From Alphaproteobacteria bacterium (GTDB lineage: Bacteria > Pseudomonadota > Alphaproteobacteria > JBFXJJ01), in assembly GCA_050175015.1 (NCBI GenBank), contig JBFXJJ010000003.1, positions 64,001 to 128,000 on the forward strand: 64,000 nucleotides of DNA, given 5' to 3'. Shown in pieces: positions 58,081-64,000 of this stretch (its first letter is position 1; each line of letters begins with the position of its first letter). The notes beneath the pieces were generated by a model, which saw nothing but the letters and a program-made list of their open reading frames with translations, had not been told where the DNA came from and ran no database searches. Made by a program: the position numbers and the translations under genes.

Positions 58081-59019
58081 TTATAAATCAATTTTTAAAA
58101 TTTGAGCGAGTTCGCTCCATTCACCTTTAGACATACCAAAATCTTCTCTTGAGACCTTTTCGCCTTTAAGCAAAGTTCTAACCACGGTTAATCCTTTTTT
58201 GGAAAGGTGAACCCCTCCCATACGGTATTGAAGGAAAGCATCATATGTTATTGGAGTCCAACGGCGCATAATGTTGAGCATTTTGCCAGCATATTTTCTA
58301 ATTTCTGTCTGAGCGTGTTTGTCAGCTCGAAGTGATAAGAAATGCATATAATTGTGGAGATCTGTTTTCCAATACCACTGGGTATAAGAACTCAAAGGAA
58401 GATTAATACGGGCAAGTTCTCTTGATAGACCATCTCTTTCAGGGTCAATTTTGTTGCCGCACTCATCAAGGTTAAGCAGTTCCTCATAGCTATCAAAGCT
58501 TCTAGCTGCATCTGTTTTTAAGATTTCTAATACTTTTGCAGCCTCTTCTTGGGATAGATTCTCGCCTTTGCCCTGTTTGTTAGTTGTTGATTGAATGGCT
58601 AAATCTTCCATATTGGGAATGTAAAATTCTTTATCTAAGATAGAATATCTTGCGGAATATTCATTAACGCTTGCCGTTCTGTGTCTTATCCATTGCCTTG
58701 CAACGAATATCGGGAGTTTTACGTGAAGCTTAATTTCACACATTTCGAAAGGAGTCGTGTGGCGATGTCTCATCAAATAGTTAATTAAAGACTTATCTTC
58801 AAGGACTTTTTTCGTTCCTCGGCCATATGATACTCTAGCGGATTGGACAATGGCAGAATCATCACCCATATAGTCAATGACTCTTACAAAACCGTGGTCT
58901 AAAACAGGAATCGGTTGATATATAATTTCCTCTAAAGCTGTAACAGTAGACCTTTTTGTGGTGTGAGTAACAGAGATTAAACGTTCAAGCTCTGCCTTTT
59001 GTTCAGGGGTAAGACGCAT
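58081..59019 (-). CDS. thyX: FAD-dependent thymidylate synthase
   Basis: [29 protein letters not shown] ThyX motif. Confidence 0.97.
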   Translation of the reverse strand: MRLTPEQKAELERLISVTHTTKRSTVTALEEIIYQPIPVLDHGFVRVIDYMGDDSAIVQSARVSYGRGTKKVLEDKSLINYLMRHRHTTPFEMCEIKLHVKLPIFVARQWIRHRTASVNEYSARYSILDKEFYIPNMEDLAIQSTTNKQGKGENLSQEEAAKVLEILKTDAARSFDSYEELLNLDECGNKIDPERDGLSRELARINLPLSSYTQWYWKTDLHNYMHFLSLRADKHAQTEIRKYAGKMLNIMRRWTPITYDAFLQYRMGGVHLSKKGLTVVRTLLKGEKVSREDFGMSKGEWSELAQILKIDL

Positions 59020-59181
59020 AAAAAACTCCCAAAAATTAAATTAAAATCTCTAATGTTTTGCCATATTGGGCTGCTATAGGCAACAAGTTATTAGGCATAA
59101 AAAACAAATAAAGTTAAAAAAAAGTGTAAAATAATTTATCAACTATTGGCTTTTTTTTCAAATAGAACATATAATATCACT

Positions 59182-59480
59182 GCCGTTTTTGCGGCTATGA
59201 CGCTAAACCTCTTACGGAATAAGCGTAGTGGACTCGGGGGCGGTACCCGACGCCTCCACCATAATCTATCTTATGGGGGCGAAATAGGATCGACACGCGT
59301 AGTAAAGGTCTGAGTTGTGTTCGGCATTGTACCACCGTTATCGGGCTAATTTTGATGAGTGCCAATGATAATTGCGCTCCAGTTGCAGTTGCTGCTTAAT
59401 AGTAGCATAGCGACAATTTAAATTCCTATGTGGTGAGACATATAGGTGGGGTTTGGGACACCTAGCAACAGAAGTCCCAC
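59182..59480 (+). ncRNA. ssrA: Two-piece (circularly permuted) tmRNA; tag ANDNCAPVAVAA; outer ends approximate
   Basis: Acceptor piece ends CGCCTCCACCA (59261); 13-nt spacer; coding piece starts GGGGGCGAAATAGGATCGAC (59275), giving G3-U70; tag ORF 59361-59399; TATAAT at 59170. Confidence 0.95.
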
Positions 59481-59518
59481 TTTTGATAAACTTAAATTTA
59501 AAGAAAGAATACGTCGGA

Positions 59519-60007
59519 ATGACCCAGCAAGCTTTTGATATGATTGATTATGATAATTTAGTCGAAAATTCTTTGAGATATGTTATAAAACAAGCTTTAG
59601 GCATTGTTGAAAACAATGGCCTTCCTGGAGATCACCATTTTTATATTACCTTTCTGACTAGATTCGAAGGGGTTGAGATTCCAGAAACGCTTTTGAAAAT
59701 ATATCCTAAGGAAATGACAATTGTCATTCAGCATCAATTTTATGACCTTAAAGTTAATAACGATTCTTTTTCTGTTACATTAAGTTTTAATAACCTGCCT
59801 CATAATTTGACTATTCCTTATGATGCTGTGACATATTTTGCTGATCCTCATGCAAAATTTGGTTTGAGATTTAATACAGAATATGAAGATGAAGAAAAAA
59901 ACGATTCTGACGACTTAAAAGACAGCGATATTTCTGCTCCTGAAGCGGAAACTGAAGAAGATGATTCTGCCAAAGTTGTTGCTTTGGACGCTTTTCGTAA
60001 AAAATGA
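59519..60007 (+). CDS. sspB: ClpXP adaptor SspB-alpha
   Basis: GLPGDHHFYITF, YPKEMTIVIQHQF, C-terminal KVVALDAFRKK; start moved to ATG 59519 because the longer ORF overlaps ssrA. Confidence 0.93.
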   Translation: MTQQAFDMIDYDNLVENSLRYVIKQALGIVENNGLPGDHHFYITFLTRFEGVEIPETLLKIYPKEMTIVIQHQFYDLKVNNDSFSVTLSFNNLPHNLTIPYDAVTYFADPHAKFGLRFNTEYEDEEKNDSDDLKDSDISAPEAETEEDDSAKVVALDAFRKK

Positions 60008-60219
60008 TAAAAAAACATTCAATAGTGATAGCAGGACATCAAACTAGTATTTCCATAGAAGATGAGTTTTGGGAGTTGTTTTGTCAAATAGTAAAAGACA
60101 AAGGAATTCCAATGGCTATGCAGCTGGAAGCTATTGATGATGTTAGAGAGACAAATCTTTCTAGCGCAATTAGATTGTTCGTTTTGCAGGATTTAAAAAA
60201 TAAATTAAATATCTTTTAG
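60004..60219 (+). CDS. Ribbon-helix-helix domain protein
   Basis: KHSIVIAGHQTSISIEDEFW...NLSSAIRLFVL. Confidence 0.9.
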   Translation: MIKKHSIVIAGHQTSISIEDEFWELFCQIVKDKGIPMAMQLEAIDDVRETNLSSAIRLFVLQDLKNKLNIF

Positions 60220-60227
60220 ATAAAAAA

Positions 60228-60257
60228 TTGACAAAAATATTTTCAAAGTGATATAAC
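60228..60257 (+). promoter_or_regulatory. Sigma70 promoter for the HExxH-array operon
   Basis: TTGACA-N18-TATAAC with extended -10 TG. Confidence 0.55.
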
Positions 60258-60287
60258 TTAAAATAAGAGTAAAAAAGGATTTTATTG

Positions 60288-60599
60288 ATGAATAAGCCAA
60301 AAACAATTGATTTGAATTTGCTATTTTCTAACCAAAATAAAACACAGCAAGTTGGAAAAATCAGAATTATAGACAACAGCAAAGTTGAAGTGGTTGATGC
60401 CGCAGAAGATTGGCAAGAGCGTATTGATCAAATGGCTAATACTATTAATCAGGCTGAAGAGATTCCTGTTATCGGTGGGACAAAGATGAATCGTTTAGGA
60501 ACGTTCACGATGATGCATACCGTAAAAAAAGGAGAAGATGATTTTCCTGATGCGATAATAGGCTATCTTAAAATAAATGGTTTTGAGGCTAAGCGCTAA
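60288..60599 (+). CDS. Small hypothetical protein heading the HExxH array
   Basis: SD AAGGA; 103-aa ORF; 30 bp before the next gene. Confidence 0.65.
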   Translation: MNKPKTIDLNLLFSNQNKTQQVGKIRIIDNSKVEVVDAAEDWQERIDQMANTINQAEEIPVIGGTKMNRLGTFTMMHTVKKGEDDFPDAIIGYLKINGFEAKR

Positions 60600-60629
60600 A
60601 AAATAAAACTAAAGCATAGGGCGAAAACA

Positions 60630-61892
60630 ATGGCAGATAATTATCAAGATAAAGAATTAGAAAAAAAGATTTTAGAATCTCCAGAAAATACTAAGAAATT
60701 TGTTGCCAAAGGGTTTGAAGTTCTTGATGAACTTGGTGCCTTTGAGATGGCTGGCAATGAAAATGATAAGCCGTTGTCAGAAAAAGATATCCAAGCTTTA
60801 ACTATGTTAACATCGCAGTTAGAACAAGTTACTAAATCTATGGATGAAATGTATGGAGAGGCAAATGGCAAATCTATGGAAGCTTGCATAGATAATGCTG
60901 ATACAATCATTCCGGAACCATCTAATCAAGACTTTTGCAGTGTTATGCCTGATGATCGTTTTAATAAAATGATTTTTGATATATCTAAAGAATTAACTCC
61001 AGATTATCGCCGTAAATTTAATAAGTTAAGTCGTGAACAAAAAGTTAATGTAATTGCGGCATCATCTGAAAACATAGCTTTTTTTATTGATAATAAAGAA
61101 TACGGAAGACATCAAGATAACCTGATAAAAATCTATGGAAAACTTTCTAAGGACTTTCCTCAGGTTATTAATCGTAGTCAGGATAAAGAAGCACAGGATT
61201 TGCTCGCAGCTGTAATGCTAGATGGTGCAAGAGAAAAACTGGATAAGGCGTGGCGTGGTAATAATAATGAAGAACGCCTTGAAGCCGTTAAGACGACCTG
61301 CCAAGCTCTTTTTAAAAAAGATGAAAGGGACTATCCTTTTAGAATGTGTTCTGGCGGAAACGGCATAGCTGGTGCTTATGACGAACAGACTGATTTTGGT
61401 GTAGTCGCTGACAGCTTGCTGAAATTTCCTGATTGGTCAATGGCTATGTTTGTAATGATACACGAAAATCAGCATCGTTTACAGCATTTACAAGTTGAAA
61501 AATTAAAAGAGGGCAAAATCACAGAAAACACCGCAGAATATTTCCAAGCCAAGATTTTTAAATCAAATTTTGAAGGCGGTTATTTATCTCCTTTGGGTAA
61601 ACAAGGCAGTCTTCTAGAAAAAATGGTTGTTACTGGTGAGTACGTTAAACAGCCCGTTGAAACTAACGCTAATGAAGCTGGTTATAACTTTAGTAAATAC
61701 TTTTCTGGAGCTGGCGTGGGTTCGATGAAATTTGCAGATAGTTTGGCGAGAGTCACAAGTGATGTCGCTAAAATATTTTTGAAAGCCCGCAAAGCAATTT
61801 TTGCTAATGATGGTTATAGAAAATATGATGCTCAAGATTTGTTCGAGGCAGGTTTGCACTCGATCATAAATGTTAAAAATAATTCAAGATAA
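60630..61892 (+). CDS. HExxH metallopeptidase-like protein, tandem copy 1
   Basis: GIAGAYD, IHENQHRLQ, QPVETNAN; no signal peptide; ends INVKNNSR. Confidence 0.75.
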   Translation: MADNYQDKELEKKILESPENTKKFVAKGFEVLDELGAFEMAGNENDKPLSEKDIQALTMLTSQLEQVTKSMDEMYGEANGKSMEACIDNADTIIPEPSNQDFCSVMPDDRFNKMIFDISKELTPDYRRKFNKLSREQKVNVIAASSENIAFFIDNKEYGRHQDNLIKIYGKLSKDFPQVINRSQDKEAQDLLAAVMLDGAREKLDKAWRGNNNEERLEAVKTTCQALFKKDERDYPFRMCSGGNGIAGAYDEQTDFGVVADSLLKFPDWSMAMFVMIHENQHRLQHLQVEKLKEGKITENTAEYFQAKIFKSNFEGGYLSPLGKQGSLLEKMVVTGEYVKQPVETNANEAGYNFSKYFSGAGVGSMKFADSLARVTSDVAKIFLKARKAIFANDGYRKYDAQDLFEAGLHSIINVKNNSR

Positions 61893-61913
61893 ATATTTTT
61901 AAGGAAAAATTTA

Positions 61914-63110
61914 ATGGCTGAATTAACAAATGGTTTTGAAGCTTTAGAAGAATTAGGAGCTTTTGAACTAGCTGGTAATAAAAATGATAAGCCTTTGAGC
62001 GAGAAAGACATTAATATACTTAAAATTGTTGTTGGTCAGATTGAGCAGACTACCAAAGCAATGAGTGTTATGGCAAATGTGGCAGAAATGCAATCAATAG
62101 AAGCTTGTATTGAGAACGTTCATACAATTAAAACAGATCCTTCAATGCAGGACTTTTGCCAAGTTATGCCCCAAAGCAGTTTTAAGAAAATGATTGATGC
62201 TGCGACTAAAGATATGCCTGAAAATGTTGCTGAAAAGTTTGGGAAACTGAACAAAGAACAAAAAATTAATGTTTTAGCTGCAGCTCCTGAAAATATGTCG
62301 TTTTTCCTAGATAGGAAGCCATATAATGAATTAGAGGAAAAACTTGTTGGGCTTTATGCCAAAGTTTTTAAGGAATATCCTGATATCATTAGTAGAGGAC
62401 AGGATAAAGATGCTCAGGAAGTTTTGACCGAAGTGTTGTCTTCAGGCGCCCGTGAAATGCTCGATAATGCTTGGAAATCGGAAAAACTCCAAGATAGAGT
62501 AGATGCTGTTAGAACTACTTGTCAGGCTCTTTTTAAAAAAGATGAAAGAGATTATCCTTTTAAAATCTGTTCAGGTGGAAATGGTATCGCTGGTGCTTAT
62601 GATGAAAAAGCTGATTTTGGTGTAGTTTCGGATCGTTTGCTTAGTTTCCCAGATTGGTCAATGGCAATGTTCACGACAATTCATGAAAACCAGCATCGTC
62701 TGCAGCATTTGCAGATTAAAAAGTTAAAAGCAGGTGATATCCAAGAAGATACAGCTGAGTATTTTCAGGCTCGCATTTTTAAGGCTAATTTCGAAGGCGG
62801 CTATCTTGTTGACTATACTAAAAGGACAGATCTTGAAAAACAAGCTAATTATGAAGATTACATAATGCAACCTGTAGAACTTAATGCTAATAACGCTGGT
62901 TTTAATTTTGCTGAAAGTTTTTCTGTTGCAATCATTGAACAAAAGTTAGCTTCTTATAAGAATGGAATTCTTTCAAGTCGACGAGCTAAAGAACAGTTAA
63001 AAAGAGATAGAGAAAGAGACCCAGAGAGTCTTACAAGAAAACCTACAAATGATGAATATCGCAAGGCGGGCTTGTTTTCTTTGATGAATGGGAAAAACAA
63101 TTCAAGATAA
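61914..63110 (+). CDS. HExxH metallopeptidase-like protein, tandem copy 2
   Basis: IHENQHRLQ, QPVELNAN; ends MNGKNNSR. Confidence 0.75.
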   Translation: MAELTNGFEALEELGAFELAGNKNDKPLSEKDINILKIVVGQIEQTTKAMSVMANVAEMQSIEACIENVHTIKTDPSMQDFCQVMPQSSFKKMIDAATKDMPENVAEKFGKLNKEQKINVLAAAPENMSFFLDRKPYNELEEKLVGLYAKVFKEYPDIISRGQDKDAQEVLTEVLSSGAREMLDNAWKSEKLQDRVDAVRTTCQALFKKDERDYPFKICSGGNGIAGAYDEKADFGVVSDRLLSFPDWSMAMFTTIHENQHRLQHLQIKKLKAGDIQEDTAEYFQARIFKANFEGGYLVDYTKRTDLEKQANYEDYIMQPVELNANNAGFNFAESFSVAIIEQKLASYKNGILSSRRAKEQLKRDRERDPESLTRKPTNDEYRKAGLFSLMNGKNNSR

Positions 63111-63133
63111 ATATTTTTTTAAGGATTTTTTTA

Positions 63134-64000
63134 ATGGCTGAATTAACAAATGGTTTTGAAGCTTTAGAAGAATTGGGAGCCTTTGAACTAGCGGGTAGTC
63201 AAGGTGATAAATCTCTGAGTGAAAAAGACGTTAAAACTCTAAAAGTTTTAGTCGGTCAGGTTGAGCATATTACCAGCGAAATGAAAAAAATGTATGATGC
63301 TGCGCACACGGAATCAATAGATGCTTGTATTGATAATGTTGGTGAAATTAAAGCTGTTCCTGCGATGGAAGATTTTTACACTCTTATGCCAGAGAAAAAC
63401 TATCAGAAACAAGTTGAGCATATTGTTGGTGGGCTTTCTAAGGACGTGGCTGATAAGTTTTTGGTTCTTGATAAAAAGCAGCAGATCGCTGTTATGGCAG
63501 CTGCTCCAGAGAATGTTTCGTTCTTTTGGAATAAAGGTGAATATGAGGGGTTAGAAGAAAAGCTTGTTAGTGTTTATGGCAAAATTACTCAAGATTTTCC
63601 AGAGATGGTTTATCGGACACAAGACAGCAGCTCTCACGAGATGTTGGCAGAGTATTTAACTAAAGGAAATCGCAAAATTTTAGATGATGCTTGGCAGACT
63701 GATGATTTAGATAAAAGGTTAGAAGCTGTCAAAACCATTTCGCAAAAAATGTTTTCTAAAGAAAACAGAGATTATCCATTTAAAAGGTGTTCCGAAACCA
63801 CAGGTATAGCTGGCTATTATGACCGTATAACAGATTTTGGCGTGGTTGCTGAAGATTTACTGAAATTTCCTGATTGGTCAGTTGCAATGCTGGTTACGGT
63901 TCACGAAAACCAACATCGGCAGCAAGAACTCCAGATAAAAAAAATAAAATTAGACAGTATTGAAAAAGATACTCCTGAATATTTTCAGGCTCGTCTCTTT
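63134..64000 (+). CDS. HExxH metallopeptidase-like protein, tandem copy 3 (3'-truncated; missing from the ORF track)
   Basis: ATG 63134 MAELTNGFEALEELGAFELAG...; GIAGYYD, VHENQHRQQ; in frame to the window end (...YFQARLF). Confidence 0.8.
   Translation, partial: MAELTNGFEALEELGAFELAGSQGDKSLSEKDVKTLKVLVGQVEHITSEMKKMYDAAHTESIDACIDNVGEIKAVPAMEDFYTLMPEKNYQKQVEHIVGGLSKDVADKFLVLDKKQQIAVMAAAPENVSFFWNKGEYEGLEEKLVSVYGKITQDFPEMVYRTQDSSSHEMLAEYLTKGNRKILDDAWQTDDLDKRLEAVKTISQKMFSKENRDYPFKRCSETTGIAGYYDRITDFGVVAEDLLKFPDWSVAMLVTVHENQHRQQELQIKKIKLDSIEKDTPEYFQARLF

Noticed and set aside
59453-59518. N-terminal extension of SspB
   Set aside because: Overlaps the 3' end of tmRNA; SspB-like sequence starts at ATG 59519
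63321-63554. 77-aa ORF in the provided track
   Set aside because: Out-of-frame shadow within the third HExxH paralog (63134 to window end)
59182-64000. Genomic island integrated at ssrA
   Set aside because: No integrase or duplicated att sequence seen; core sspB and RHH genes lie between ssrA and the array

Overview
AT-rich chromosomal segment of an alphaproteobacterium, judged from a two-piece circularly permuted tmRNA followed by SspB-alpha and a thyX-hflKC-DUF2065-degP block. Housekeeping genes (ilvD, guaA, gpt, tag, sdaA, ldhA, holC, degP, hflKC, thyX, ssrA, sspB) are interleaved with accessory modules. No CRISPR array, IS, integrase, rRNA or tRNA was seen. The main candidate for an undescribed system is a stand-alone VirD4-type coupling ATPase (41.9-44.2 kb) with no relaxase or virB genes in the window. 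Upstream of it lie two membrane-anchored NERD-like paralogs lacking catalytic residues. Downstream lie a prion-like/HNH protein with a substituted catalytic His, its SUKH (SMI1/KNR4) partner, and an Arg-tailed orphan. Elsewhere, signal-less HExxH metallopeptidase-like proteins share a C-terminal N-x-K-x(2-3)-S-R tail that may be a coupling-protein recognition signal. One of them precedes a mosaic array of three lipoproteins that may be immunity proteins. Other notable items: two unannotated uORF/structured leaders (before yjhX/topAI and before a DUF2087 gene), an Rrf2-linked YtkA/porin/MacB-type operon, an encapsulin-ferritin operon and a degenerate histidine kinase. All family assignments come from motif recognition by eye; no searches were run.
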